64,000 bases of DNA from Bacteroidota bacterium (GCA_009787115.1 WRGQ01000170.1:21640-85639); one strand, 5' to 3'. Counted from the stretch's first letter, positions 9,733 to 20,036 are shown. Translations and numbers: made by a program. The notes: generated by a model from the sequence alone, not told the origin.

Positions 9733-11883
9733 TTATTTCCTTATCTCCATTTCTGCAATAAGATTCTGTGCATTGGCATACTTATCCACAATAAACAGGA
9801 AGTAGCGAATATCTAAGCTGATGTTTCTACATCGGGTTATATCGTAGTTCAGGTCACTCATAGTACCTTCCCACACGCGGTCGTAATTTACGCCCACCAA
9901 TTCGCCGTTGCCGTTCAAAACGGGGCTACCGGAATTGCCGCCGGTAGTGTGGTTGCTTGCAATAAAAGCCACACGCATCTCCCCATTAGCATCGGTGTAA
10001 GGTCCAAAATCTTTATTACTAATTAAATCTTTTAATCTTCTATCCACTACATAATCGAAAATGTCAGGGTCCTCTTTTTGAAGAATGCCATCAACGGTAG
10101 TATAAGGCAGATAGAGCATTCCGTTGTAGGGGGAGAAACCTTCCATTTTGCCGAATGCCACGCGCAGAGAGAGGTTGGCATCCGGAAAATACTTACCGGT
10201 GGTGTCCAAAACGGCATATTTCACCCAGTCTCTATATTTTGCGTCAATTTGTCGGCGAATATTCGGAACTGTTTTTTCGGTAAATGAGTTTTTATTGAGT
10301 TGTGTTAATGCTTCATTAGCATCTAAAAACATACTGTTGTCATTCAACCATTTATGTAATGTTGCAATCTCTTTTTTTGAAGCGGAGGTTATAAATTTTT
10401 TAAAAGTTTCAAAACTTGAAAAAACAGAGTTATCATACAATTGTTTAGCCATATTTTGTAAAGTTTCTCTCTCAATGCCCACATATTTTTGTAAAGTTTC
10501 AGGAATACAATCTTTTTTGGTGGTGTTAAAATAATAATCCAACAACTCAACAAAAACCTCTTTGTCAATAGGTTTGTAATATGCAAGATAAAAGTTTTCC
10601 GCTTTTTTCAACAAATTTGCTTTAACATCTTCCGACCATGGATAGGATTCTTTTAATAATGGTCGAACGGATTCTATAAATCTGCCCAACTCAATTGCCT
10701 GAAATGTTTCGCGTAAAGTTACGGATTTCGTTTCTAATTCTCTATAAGTTTGATAAAGTGTTTTTAATTCGGTTAATATTTGATAACGCTTCTGCATATC
10801 CGTAGTTTGATAAGCATGCTGTTCCAAATCTTTCTCTTCATTTGCTTTTCTTTGCAGGGTATTGGTTTCTTTAATTCCTTTGCTTTCTCCAATAGATTTT
10901 TTCCATCCGTTGGCAATGGAATTGGCTTTAGCGGCATACATAAGACGAATTTCAGGCGACAGCGCCATATACTTTTTCATAACATCCAAACGAGCGCCGC
11001 GCTGATGAATGAGCGGCGGATTTCTATAATTTACCACTAAATCTACCCCGTCCGAGATGAGATATTGTTGTGTAGTTCCGGGAAAGCCAAACACTAATGT
11101 AAAATCACCTTCATCAATTCCTTTAAGAGAGATGGGGAAACAGGTTTCTGTTTTCAACGGAATATTATCGGGGTTGTAGCGCACGGGTTCGCCGTTTTTG
11201 TCTGCATAAACACGATACAGCGAAAAGTCACCGGTATGGCGGGGCCACACCCAGTTGTCGGTATCTCCTCCAAATTTGCCGATACTTTCGGGAGGCGTGC
11301 CTACCAACCGCACATCGTGAAATACGCGGTTTACAAATATATAGTATTGATTTCCATAATAAAACGACTTAATTTCGGCAACGTAGTCAGTACCTTCAGT
11401 GGCTTGTGCAATCGTAGTCTTAATATTCTTTGCAATAATATCTTCCCGTTCCTGAAGTGTTGTTGCATTTTCAACGCCTTGTAACACGTCGTTTGTAACC
11501 TCTTCCATATAAATCAGAAAAGTAACATAAAGACCTTCACAAGGAATTTCATCCTGTTCTGAAGCAGCCCAGAAACCGTTTTGTAAAATATTGTTTTCCA
11601 TTGTACTATAGCGTTGAATATAGGAATAGCCACAATGGTGATTGGTAAGGAGCAATCCTTTTTTAGAGATTACTTCAGCGGTACAGCCTCCGCCAAAAAG
11701 GACTACAGCATCTTTCATACTGCTGTGGTTTACGCTATATACATCTTCGGCAGTGAGTTTAAAACCCAACTTCTGCATCTCTGCTTCCTTTTGTTTCAAC
11801 AAAACAGGCAGCCACATACCGGAATCGGCATAACTAAAAATGATTAAAAATAATAAAATTAAGAGGGAAATTGATTTTTTCAT
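9733..11883 (-). CDS. S46 family dipeptidyl-peptidase (DPP7/DPP11-like)
   Basis: Signal peptide, catalytic His region 'LLTNHHCG', catalytic Ser region 'TTGGNSGSPVLN'. Length 716 aa. Confidence 0.85.
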   Translation of the reverse strand: MKKSISLLILLFLIIFSYADSGMWLPVLLKQKEAEMQKLGFKLTAEDVYSVNHSSMKDAVVLFGGGCTAEVISKKGLLLTNHHCGYSYIQRYSTMENNILQNGFWAASEQDEIPCEGLYVTFLIYMEEVTNDVLQGVENATTLQEREDIIAKNIKTTIAQATEGTDYVAEIKSFYYGNQYYIFVNRVFHDVRLVGTPPESIGKFGGDTDNWVWPRHTGDFSLYRVYADKNGEPVRYNPDNIPLKTETCFPISLKGIDEGDFTLVFGFPGTTQQYLISDGVDLVVNYRNPPLIHQRGARLDVMKKYMALSPEIRLMYAAKANSIANGWKKSIGESKGIKETNTLQRKANEEKDLEQHAYQTTDMQKRYQILTELKTLYQTYRELETKSVTLRETFQAIELGRFIESVRPLLKESYPWSEDVKANLLKKAENFYLAYYKPIDKEVFVELLDYYFNTTKKDCIPETLQKYVGIERETLQNMAKQLYDNSVFSSFETFKKFITSASKKEIATLHKWLNDNSMFLDANEALTQLNKNSFTEKTVPNIRRQIDAKYRDWVKYAVLDTTGKYFPDANLSLRVAFGKMEGFSPYNGMLYLPYTTVDGILQKEDPDIFDYVVDRRLKDLISNKDFGPYTDANGEMRVAFIASNHTTGGNSGSPVLNGNGELVGVNYDRVWEGTMSDLNYDITRCRNISLDIRYFLFIVDKYANAQNLIAEMEIRK

Positions 11884-11985
11884 AATGTAAAAATATTAGG
11901 CAACAAAGAAACGAAAAAATTAATAATTGATATTGATAATAAATGTATAATTTTGCGACGTTAAACCAACAAAGTATTATCTATT

Positions 11986-13020
11986 ATGCAACTTGAAGAA
12001 AAAGATGAATTGTATGAACATTATAAGTTCACTGTAGATAAGGGACAGGAGTCAATGCGTATGGATAAGTATTTACTCAATCTTATTCAAAACACATCGC
12101 GCAGTAAAATACAGTATGCGGCAAAAGCGGGTTGTATTTTGGTAAACGGCGTACCGGAAAAGCAAAATTATAAGGTAAAGCCCGAAGACCAAATTACCAT
12201 CTTGATGCCCAATCCGCCCAGAGATATTGAGATTATTGCAGAAAATATTCCTTTGGACATTCCTTATGAAGATGATGATATTATTGTGGTTAACAAGCCT
12301 GCCGGTTTGGTGGTGCACCCCGCCTTCGGCAATTATACCGGTACTTTGGTGAATGCGCTTACCTACCGATTTCAAGAGGAAATTACTCAAACAGGAGAGC
12401 CTTTGCGTCCTCTTTTAGTGCACCGCATTGACAAAAATACTTCCGGCATTATGATCGTGGCAAAAAATGAAGAAGCACAAATGAAAATTGCCCGCGAGTT
12501 TTTTAATCATACTATTGAAAGAAAATATTGGGCGTTGGTGTGGGGCGATTTTGAAGAAGAACAAGGAACTATTAATGCCAAAGTGGGACGAAATTTAAAA
12601 GACAGGCTAATTATGACCACTTTTCCTGACGACAGCGAACACGGTAAACACGCAGTAACGCATTGGAAAGTGTTGGAGCGTTTCGGCTATGTTACTTTAA
12701 TTGAGTGTCAGTTAGAAACCGGACGGACGCACCAAATCAGAGTCCATCTCAAATCTATCGGTCATCCGCTCTTTAATGATGAAATATACGGAGGAGACCA
12801 AATTCTTAAAGGTACTACTTTCACCAAATACAAGCAGTTTGTAAAAAACTGCTTTGAATTAATGCCCCGTCACGCATTGCATGCCAAGCAGTTAGGATTT
12901 ATTCACCCTTCAACAGGAAAACCTCTGTTTTTTGATTCCGATTTGCCTGATGATTTTAAAGCGGTTTTGATAAAATGGCGAACTTATGCCAAAAACAAAG
13001 GTGACATACTCTTCGACTAA
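11986..13020 (+). CDS. rluD: RluA-family 23S rRNA pseudouridine synthase (RluD-like, with S4 domain)
   Basis: N-terminal S4-like region. Catalytic motif 'HRIDKNTSG'. 'GRTHQIRVH'. Confidence 0.85.
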   Translation: MQLEEKDELYEHYKFTVDKGQESMRMDKYLLNLIQNTSRSKIQYAAKAGCILVNGVPEKQNYKVKPEDQITILMPNPPRDIEIIAENIPLDIPYEDDDIIVVNKPAGLVVHPAFGNYTGTLVNALTYRFQEEITQTGEPLRPLLVHRIDKNTSGIMIVAKNEEAQMKIAREFFNHTIERKYWALVWGDFEEEQGTINAKVGRNLKDRLIMTTFPDDSEHGKHAVTHWKVLERFGYVTLIECQLETGRTHQIRVHLKSIGHPLFNDEIYGGDQILKGTTFTKYKQFVKNCFELMPRHALHAKQLGFIHPSTGKPLFFDSDLPDDFKAVLIKWRTYAKNKGDILFD

Positions 13021-13823
13021 TCTTCAGGAACGACGCTAATATAATAGACGCAACGTACCGAGTTTGCCTGAAACTTGTTTACACTGAGTATTTCTGTTTC
13101 ATCACTATCATAAAACAATTTGAGAACATTTGCTTTTTTGTTATATCCAGAAGAGCTTGTTAAACTCCAAAACATAGTTTGCTGCCCCACTAATGAGACG
13201 AAATTGTTTGCAGCCAAACCTGCGGGATAGCAGTGCATACCGCTTTTATCTGTTCCGGAGCCTGAATTAGTGTACCATCCGGATATGGATTTAAGTTTTT
13301 GCCCGGAGATATCAGGATCTCCTATATAATCCAATAGTTGCTGATAGTCGTCATTAGTGGGCAACACCCATCCATTGGGGCAAATGCCTTGTGTGCCGCT
13401 GCCTACTGTTGTGTTGTTTGTTTGTGTTCCGGCGGCGGCGCTCCAATTGTATAAAAGTCCTAATGATTTTCTTATCTCTTTCGTAAGATTGTCGGTATAT
13501 GGAGGTTCTTTAAAATCCTGTACATCTATATAATAGGGTTTTTCTATATCAACAGTATGCTCATAAGTAGCCACAGCAATCAATTCGTCACGTCGGGGGC
13601 TCAAGGTATCATATCTTGTTACTCTTAAATTTTCTGTCATCCATATCGTCGTTCCAAACTGCTTTACAGAATAGGTATTCCCGTCAATGTCCGTTACCGA
13701 AGTAGGAGGTGGTACAGGAGGAGGGGGGGGAGGAGGGGGAGGACAAGCACATAAAACAAACATAAGAGTAATTACAAACAGTAAAGAATTATTTTTCATT
13801 TTGATTTTTTTTAATCCCTGCAA
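13017..13823 (-). CDS. FISUMP-domain lipoprotein with poly-proline linker
   Basis: Lipobox 'VLCAC' is followed by 'PPPPPPPPPVPPP'. 'DIDGNTYSVKQFGTTIWMTENL' and the C-terminal '...ANSVRCV' match the Fibrobacter succinogenes major paralogous domain. Confidence 0.7.
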   Translation of the reverse strand: MQGLKKIKMKNNSLLFVITLMFVLCACPPPPPPPPPVPPPTSVTDIDGNTYSVKQFGTTIWMTENLRVTRYDTLSPRRDELIAVATYEHTVDIEKPYYIDVQDFKEPPYTDNLTKEIRKSLGLLYNWSAAAGTQTNNTTVGSGTQGICPNGWVLPTNDDYQQLLDYIGDPDISGQKLKSISGWYTNSGSGTDKSGMHCYPAGLAANNFVSLVGQQTMFWSLTSSSGYNKKANVLKLFYDSDETEILSVNKFQANSVRCVYYISVVPED

Positions 13824-13909
13824 AAATATTTTTTTTTACTTTGCAACCAAAAAAAATTAAAATTAAAGAATATTACTCATCTCTTTACCTTTTAACCCTT
13901 TAATCCATT

Positions 13910-14542
13910 ATGCAATACAACTACATCGCCATAGAAGGCTGTATCGGAGCCGGAAAAACCTCGCTATCCGAAAGATTGGCATCCGATTTTAATGCCGAAC
14001 TGATTTTGGAACGTTTTGCCGATAATCCGTTTTTAGCCAAGTTTTATAAAGATCCCACACATTATGCTTTCCCTTTGGAAATGACATTCCTGACGGACAG
14101 ATACCAGCAATTAAAAAACTTGCTTTCTAAAAGAGACCTCTTTACCGATTTGGTGGTTGCCGACTATTTTATAGATAAATGTGCTATTTTTTCCAAAAAC
14201 AATTTGCAACAAGATGAATACAATCTTTTTTTAAGGGTTTATGAAATTATCAGCGATTTCTTACCTAAACCCGACATTCTTGTTTATCTTTATAACACTC
14301 CTGAAAATCTCCTGAAAAATATTGTAAAAAGGGGAAGAGACTATGAGCAAAATATTCAGGCAGAATATTTACTTTCCATTCAGGAGAACTATTTAACATT
14401 TTTCAAACAACGCGCCCAATTTCCTATTTTGATTGTTGAATCCCATACCCTTGATTTTGTGCAACAACAAAACGATTATGAAAAAATCAAAGAATTGTTT
14501 CAAAATCATTATGAAACAGGAGTACATAGAATAATTTTGTAG
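13910..14542 (+). CDS. deoxynucleoside kinase
   Basis: P-loop 'IEGCIGAGKTSL', 'ERFADNPFL', a DRY-like 'TDRYQQ', and the size (210 aa) are typical of the dNK family. Confidence 0.8.
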   Translation: MQYNYIAIEGCIGAGKTSLSERLASDFNAELILERFADNPFLAKFYKDPTHYAFPLEMTFLTDRYQQLKNLLSKRDLFTDLVVADYFIDKCAIFSKNNLQQDEYNLFLRVYEIISDFLPKPDILVYLYNTPENLLKNIVKRGRDYEQNIQAEYLLSIQENYLTFFKQRAQFPILIVESHTLDFVQQQNDYEKIKELFQNHYETGVHRIIL

Positions 14543-14665
14543 TGAAGAATCAGTTGTCACAAATATTGAGGTATTTGATGAAGCCTATTACCCCTCATCG
14601 CACACCCCTCATCGCATTTATACTATTTCCCAAAAATTACCGTTTTACACTGAAAATTGCATTTT

Positions 14666-15757
14666 ATGAATAAAAACTACTATTGTGTAATTATGGCGGG
14701 CGGAATTGGAGTACGCTTTTGGCCTACAAGCAGAACAGAAACTCCCAAACAGTTTATTGATATTCTTGGCGATGGTCGTACATTAATTCAAAAAACCTAC
14801 GATAGATTTTGTAATATCTGTCCCAAAGAAAATATTTATATCGTGACCAACGCAATATACAAAGAATTGGTTAAAAAACAATTACCTGATATGCCTGATG
14901 AGCAGATTGTACTGGAACCGGCAAGAAGAAACACTGCCCCCTGCATTGCTTATGCCAACTACAAAATTAAAGACAAAAACCCAAATGCAGTGATTGTAGT
15001 GGCTCCTTCAGACCATATTATTTTAAAAGAGGACGTTTTTATAGATGTAATTAACAGCGGATTGCAAGCGGTAGAACAAAATGATTGGCTCCTTACTATC
15101 GGCATTCGCCCATCTTATCCTAATACAGGATATGGGTATATTCAATATAATGAAGACAGAAATTATGAAAAAAACAAAGCCATTTTTGAAGTAAAAACTT
15201 TTACGGAAAAACCAGAATTGGAGATGGCGCAACAATTTATTGACAGCGGAGATTTTTTGTGGAACTCGGGTATTTTTATGTGGTCGTTGAAAACCGTTGA
15301 AGATGCTTTCCAAATGTTTTTGCCGGAAGTGGATTCATTGTTTAAACAGGGAGACGGACTTTACAATACAAAAGAAGAACCCGCATTTATACAAAAAATT
15401 TATGAGATGTGTAGAAATATCTCTGTGGACTACGGTATTATGGAAAAAGCGCAGAATGTTCATGTGTATGCTGCTGAGTTTGGCTGGTCGGATTTAGGAA
15501 CGTGGGGCGCACTTTATGATATTAAAAACAAAGATGATAACAAAAACGCTATCGTGGGAAAACGGGTTAAAACTTACGATACTAAAGGTTGTATTGTGAA
15601 TGTAAAACCTTACAAAGTTACTGTTTTACAAGGCTTGGAAGATTTTATTGTAGTAGATACCGACGATGTGCTTTTGATTTGCAAACGTTCCGAAGAACAA
15701 CAGATTAGACAATATGCCAACGATGTAAAACTTTGTTTTGGAGATAAATATTGTTAA
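14666..15757 (+). CDS. mannose-1-phosphate guanylyltransferase
   Basis: 'VIMAGGIGVRFWPTSRTETPKQF' nucleotidyltransferase loop, 'VAPSDHII', 'GYGYIQ'. I prefer the ATG at 14666 to the track's alternative start at 14657. Confidence 0.8.
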   Translation: MNKNYYCVIMAGGIGVRFWPTSRTETPKQFIDILGDGRTLIQKTYDRFCNICPKENIYIVTNAIYKELVKKQLPDMPDEQIVLEPARRNTAPCIAYANYKIKDKNPNAVIVVAPSDHIILKEDVFIDVINSGLQAVEQNDWLLTIGIRPSYPNTGYGYIQYNEDRNYEKNKAIFEVKTFTEKPELEMAQQFIDSGDFLWNSGIFMWSLKTVEDAFQMFLPEVDSLFKQGDGLYNTKEEPAFIQKIYEMCRNISVDYGIMEKAQNVHVYAAEFGWSDLGTWGALYDIKNKDDNKNAIVGKRVKTYDTKGCIVNVKPYKVTVLQGLEDFIVVDTDDVLLICKRSEEQQIRQYANDVKLCFGDKYC

Positions 15758-15763
15758 TGTGAG

Positions 15764-16396
15764 ATGACCATAGTTGAAAGATACAATTTCCTGATAGATT
15801 ATTTTCAGCAAAACAACCCTAATGCTGCTTCGGAATTGCATTTTTCCAACGCTTACGAATTAATGCTTGCAGTGGTATTGTCGGCGCAATGTACCGACAA
15901 GCGTGTAAATATGGTTACTCCTGTGTTATTTACCAAATATCCAACTCCTTATGATTTAGCGAATGCTTCGTACAATGATGTTTACGAAATTATTAAATCC
16001 ATATCTTATCCTAATAATAAAACAAAGCATTTGCTCGGCTTAGCGCAAAAGTTGGTTACAGATTTTAACGGTACGGTTCCGGATAGTTTGGAGGCATTAA
16101 CCACATTGCCCGGCGTAGGCAGGAAAACCGCCAACGTAATATTGTCTGTGGTTTTCGATTTGCCCGCTATGGCAGTGGACACTCACGTTTTTCGGGTAGC
16201 GAACAGGTTAGGCATTGTGGAAAATGCAACCACACCCTTAGAGGTGGAAAAGCAGTTGGTGCAGCATTTTCCGGAACATTTGCTGGCGCGCGCCCACCAC
16301 TGGCTTATCCTGCACGGGCGCTACGTTTGTCTGGCACGCGCCCCGAAATGTTCGGAGTGCGGTATTGCAAGTGTTTGTAAAACAGCAAGATTGTAA
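15764..16396 (+). CDS. nth: endonuclease III
   Basis: HhH-GPD 'LPGVGRKTANV', catalytic 'DTHVFRV', and a 4Fe-4S cluster Cx6Cx2Cx5C ('CLARAPKCSECGIASVC'). Confidence 0.9.
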   Translation: MTIVERYNFLIDYFQQNNPNAASELHFSNAYELMLAVVLSAQCTDKRVNMVTPVLFTKYPTPYDLANASYNDVYEIIKSISYPNNKTKHLLGLAQKLVTDFNGTVPDSLEALTTLPGVGRKTANVILSVVFDLPAMAVDTHVFRVANRLGIVENATTPLEVEKQLVQHFPEHLLARAHHWLILHGRYVCLARAPKCSECGIASVCKTARL

Positions 16397-16402
16397 ACCT
16401 GT

Positions 16403-16420
16403 GTTCCGCTTAAGCGGAAC
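16403..16420. terminator. Hairpin between convergent nth and the last gene of the T6SS block
   Basis: 'gttccgc ttaa gcggaac' forms a 7-bp perfect stem with a 4-nt loop. It sits in the 29-bp gap between two convergent stop codons. Confidence 0.5.
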
Positions 16421-16425
16421 TCCGA

Positions 16426-17073
16426 TTAATACACCGGAAGTTTTGTTAAAAACTTGTTATTTACCATAGGATCAATGGGAAATCCTTTGTATCGTAATTC
16501 AAAATGTAAATGAGGTCCTGATGAAATACCGGTGTTCCCTCCCAGACCAATTATTTGTCCGGCTTTTACTTCCTGATCTGCAGCAACCAATATCTTTTCT
16601 AAATGGGCATACACCGTTTCACTCATATTGTAATGGCGTACCACAATCACATATCCGTAAGTTTTGTCCCATTTGGCAACACGCACTTTTCCACAAAAAA
16701 TACTGCAAACCGGATCGCCAACCGCCACGCGGAAATCTACACCGAAATGTTTTCTACCGTTTCTCATCCCATATTTGGAAGTTAATTCTAAATTTCGTTG
16801 CAACGGTGAACATAAACTGTCGTTAAATGAAAAAGTCTTCACATTTTCTCCTTCCCGAAGAGAGCGAAAATCAATAAAGGTGGTTTTGAAAAAATTATAA
16901 AAATTTTCAGGTTCGGGCGGACATATTAGGGTGGTGTGAGATACTGTTTTCTTATTTAGTTCATAATAATTTTCATAACATTCAATCAGTAAATCAACGA
17001 TATTTTTTTCTTTTTGAGCAAAAATACAATTGATTCCGGCAAGAAAAACGAATGCCAAAAAAATTTTTTTCAT
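16426..17073 (-). CDS. secreted M23 (LytM-type) peptidase, last gene of the T6SS block
   Basis: Signal peptide 'MKKIFLAFVFLAGINCIFAQ'. HxxxD 'HFGVDF'. HxH 'GPHLHFELRY'. It starts 9 nt after the tssF stop. Confidence 0.85.
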   Translation of the reverse strand: MKKIFLAFVFLAGINCIFAQKEKNIVDLLIECYENYYELNKKTVSHTTLICPPEPENFYNFFKTTFIDFRSLREGENVKTFSFNDSLCSPLQRNLELTSKYGMRNGRKHFGVDFRVAVGDPVCSIFCGKVRVAKWDKTYGYVIVVRHYNMSETVYAHLEKILVAADQEVKAGQIIGLGGNTGISSGPHLHFELRYKGFPIDPMVNNKFLTKLPVY

Positions 17074-17082
17074 AGAATAAGA

Positions 17083-18702
17083 TTAAGATACATATACCTT
17101 AAAGGGCAAAATACCGGAAGACCTTAGGGTTATCTTAGTTTGAAGTTCTTCAGCAACCAGATCCGTTTTTTCCATCTTTCTGATATAACTGTCATTCTTT
17201 AAGGATATAATGATGTTAATAATATCTTCCTTCGGCACGATTGAAAGATTCATAATTTCATCGCCCAATCTTTTCTCTCCATAATAATAAGTTTTGATAA
17301 AAGCAATAATATCTGCCTGAGTTACCAAACGATCTTTGGTTTGAAAATAATATTTAGCAATATCTTCCTTTTGTGCTTCATTTTGAATGGCATCTCTGCC
17401 TCCTTTGGTTTCCATAAGCAGAAAAGTTTTAGCCATATCTAAAGCAAGAGGTGTTTTAACCGCTTTCCCATCTCTAAACATTCCATTTACAGAAGTGCCC
17501 TGAGTAATTAAATAGTTCAGATCCACTTTTTTTACATCAATGTTTTCCTTCTTTAAAATAGCATAGTAATGGTCTTTTATCTTTTTATCATCTGATTTGC
17601 TGACAATGCTTCTGATTTCGTTCATCATATACTGCAAATTTTCCCACTTGTCGGTAGTGTTAAATTCTCTGATATTTTGGAAAGCAAAATAGTCGGAATA
17701 GTATTTATTCAACATCTCTTGAATCTGTTCAAAAAGTTTATTGGAATTAAATCTTTCAACGCCGTGTTGTCGGACAAGAATATTGTCAAAATCTTTCTCA
17801 TATCCTTCCATACACAAAAGGTTCAAAAACTCTCCGGAATCGGTTGAAAATTCCTTAATAGGATTTCTAATATCCAAAACAATCTCTTTCTTTTCCACAT
17901 TAACAATAGGGATACAGTTGATTTTCAATATATTATAAATATCAACAGCGCTATTAAAAGTAATTTCCAATTGGATGGTTCTTCCATCTAAATGGATAGC
18001 AGACGGGTCGTATTGGTCAATAATGTATAATTTATTTGAATGAGTTAAAAAAACCTCCCGCCAATAATCGTGAGTTCCAAACAGATAGTAGTTATGTTTC
18101 AGGAGCAGATGATTGTTGTTGAACCATTTTGTAAAGGGCAAATCATTGTATTGCGAAGGTTTGATTACAGGTAATTCATCGCCTCTGTACTTAATGCTCT
18201 CAATGGTTACAAAATCTGGTGTATCAATATAAAATGAGAGACCTGTAAGATTATCAAGCGGAGCAGTACATTCCAGCGCAATTGTCCAGACATTATTGTC
18301 AATTTTATTAACGACTTCCAATTCTGCATTGATTACTTTGGTATTCAGGAGTGGGGCGAAAGCGAATTTCTGTTTTTTGCTACTACTCATAAATTCAAAG
18401 GAGCAAGTTTCATCAATTATCTTTTCATCGGAACCATCTTTTAATTTGGTTTCAATAATAGTGAATGCCGGATATGGTTTCAATAAATGAAAAGGAACCG
18501 TCCTGTCCCGCAAATCCCGAAGCGTTCTCTCCTCATACTGATCAATATAATTGTAGATGTGGTAGGCTTGATACGACAAAGCCGTAATAAACAGATTCAC
18601 TACGGGGTCTGTTTCCACATTCTTAACCATATAGCCGTCTTTTGCCCACAGGTCAATAATATTTTTTCTTATTTCATTATTGTAGTCATCAAATCTTTTC
18701 AT
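17083..18702 (-). CDS. tssF: T6SS baseplate subunit TssF-like
   Basis: The N-terminus 'ETDPVVNLFITALSYQAYHIYNYIDQYEERTLRDLRDRTVPFHLLKPYPAFTI' parallels the TssF N-terminal consensus (DPhv..Lie..A.l....ld...P.....P.P). About 540 aa. The ATG at 18702 makes an ATGA overlap with the tssE stop (the track's TTG start is at 18714). Confidence 0.65.
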   Translation of the reverse strand: MKRFDDYNNEIRKNIIDLWAKDGYMVKNVETDPVVNLFITALSYQAYHIYNYIDQYEERTLRDLRDRTVPFHLLKPYPAFTIIETKLKDGSDEKIIDETCSFEFMSSSKKQKFAFAPLLNTKVINAELEVVNKIDNNVWTIALECTAPLDNLTGLSFYIDTPDFVTIESIKYRGDELPVIKPSQYNDLPFTKWFNNNHLLLKHNYYLFGTHDYWREVFLTHSNKLYIIDQYDPSAIHLDGRTIQLEITFNSAVDIYNILKINCIPIVNVEKKEIVLDIRNPIKEFSTDSGEFLNLLCMEGYEKDFDNILVRQHGVERFNSNKLFEQIQEMLNKYYSDYFAFQNIREFNTTDKWENLQYMMNEIRSIVSKSDDKKIKDHYYAILKKENIDVKKVDLNYLITQGTSVNGMFRDGKAVKTPLALDMAKTFLLMETKGGRDAIQNEAQKEDIAKYYFQTKDRLVTQADIIAFIKTYYYGEKRLGDEIMNLSIVPKEDIINIIISLKNDSYIRKMEKTDLVAEELQTKITLRSSGILPFKVYVS

Positions 18703-19151
18703 TGTTTTTTCCAAATATAAAATTCTATGTCTTGTTTATAGTCTCTAAATTCATCTTTTATCATTCCTCTTATAGAAATGGTAAGTTTTGATATTTTTTT
18801 GTCAAAGACTGTTTCGGTTTCCAGGTTTTGCAAACGTGTTTCAAACAGGGAGATCGCTTTTTCCAAATCTTTGGCATAATTGTTCAGATTGTCGCTTTTG
18901 CCCCCAATTTTCTTTCCTTTGAGTTCGTCTTTAGAATCTGCATTTTCAAATTCACAGTTTTTAAGCGAAAAACCGAAGCGGGGATCGGGTTTAAAACTGC
19001 CATTGGGAGAGTTAATCAGTAACTTAATAAAATCACTAATAGACTTTTGAATGCTTTTATCCAGATGTTCCTCGTTATGATCGGCATAACATTGGTTTTT
19101 GTCGTAAAAACTTCCGGGTGAAAAATCTAAAGGTATTTTAAGTCCGCTCAT
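18699..19151 (-). CDS. tssE: T6SS baseplate wedge TssE / gp25-like protein
   Basis: 150 aa. 'SIQKSISDFIKLLINSPNGSFKPDPRFGFSL' matches the gp25/GPW pattern (I...l.T..Ger...P.fG). It lies immediately upstream of tssF. Confidence 0.6.
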   Translation of the reverse strand: MSGLKIPLDFSPGSFYDKNQCYADHNEEHLDKSIQKSISDFIKLLINSPNGSFKPDPRFGFSLKNCEFENADSKDELKGKKIGGKSDNLNNYAKDLEKAISLFETRLQNLETETVFDKKISKLTISIRGMIKDEFRDYKQDIEFYIWKKQ

Positions 19152-19161
19152 AGTTCAGTGG

Positions 19162-20034
19162 TTAAATTTTAATTTCGTCCAATACCGGTTCAGGTTTTTC
19201 ATCAAAATTTTCATTAACAGTCATTATGCACTCGTAGCCTGATTTCATCAATTTGCCAATTTCAAGATGATTGTACCTTTCATCAATAAAACTTTTTATT
19301 TCAGGTATGTTATCTCTGTTTTTTTCACTTTTTAAGTACAACTGAAAGATGTGGCAGAATTTTTTCAACAACAGTATAAATTCTTTCGGAGATTCTTGCG
19401 AAGTATAATGTTGCAATTCCAATTGGAACATCGTAATATGAAAAAACAACGGATTATCTTCCGGTAATTTTCTGATAATTGTATTGATAACATAGTTAAT
19501 TTCGGCATACCTCCTCATAATATCATCTACAGAAGATAATGCAATAGAAGGCGGAATATAATCCTGATCAAATTCCCACTCGGAGTAATTTCTAATTAAT
19601 TTCAAAATCGGGATACCCTGTTTAACGGGGTTTGTTGTATTGTGTAAAACAAGGTTGTATGCAGGACAGACGTGCAGCCCCTTTTCATCTAATTGCGAAG
19701 TAGAATAAGGATCAACCGTTAAAACCACATAATATTCCGAGTTTGAACTATCCTGTAAATTCAATTCTTTTTGATAATGTGTATCTCGTTGTATGTTAAT
19801 GGGATATCCATCTACTGTCAAGGCTAAGCATTCCAAATGTTGAATACGGATTCTATCGTTGTCAATACTTTTTTCAATGTAAAAATTACTGTCGGGCAAA
19901 ATGCCGCAAGTACAGGAAGCAACGAAATAGCCTAAGAGATTTCGTTCGGAGATATGAAAATTGTCTAAATCAACAAATATTTCAGGAGTGATATCCAAGC
20001 CTTTTTTCCAGTGTATTTTATAATGTTTTTCCAT
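19162..20034 (-). CDS. tssK: TssK-like baseplate protein (short form, 290 aa)
   Basis: The N-terminus 'KIHWKKGLDITPEIFVDLDNF' parallels the TssK N-terminal signature (W..G..l.P..FQ). It sits among tssG, tssE and tssF. It is shorter than typical TssK proteins (about 440 aa). Confidence 0.5.
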   Translation of the reverse strand: MEKHYKIHWKKGLDITPEIFVDLDNFHISERNLLGYFVASCTCGILPDSNFYIEKSIDNDRIRIQHLECLALTVDGYPINIQRDTHYQKELNLQDSSNSEYYVVLTVDPYSTSQLDEKGLHVCPAYNLVLHNTTNPVKQGIPILKLIRNYSEWEFDQDYIPPSIALSSVDDIMRRYAEINYVINTIIRKLPEDNPLFFHITMFQLELQHYTSQESPKEFILLLKKFCHIFQLYLKSEKNRDNIPEIKSFIDERYNHLEIGKLMKSGYECIMTVNENFDEKPEPVLDEIKI

Positions 20035-20036
20035 AT

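Noticed and set aside
14591-14616. Direct repeat 'cccctcatcgca' x2 (2-nt spacer) upstream of the mannose-1-phosphate guanylyltransferase gene
   Set aside because: It is a short single duplication in an intergenic region with no palindromic character or recognisable promoter context, which is too weak to interpret.
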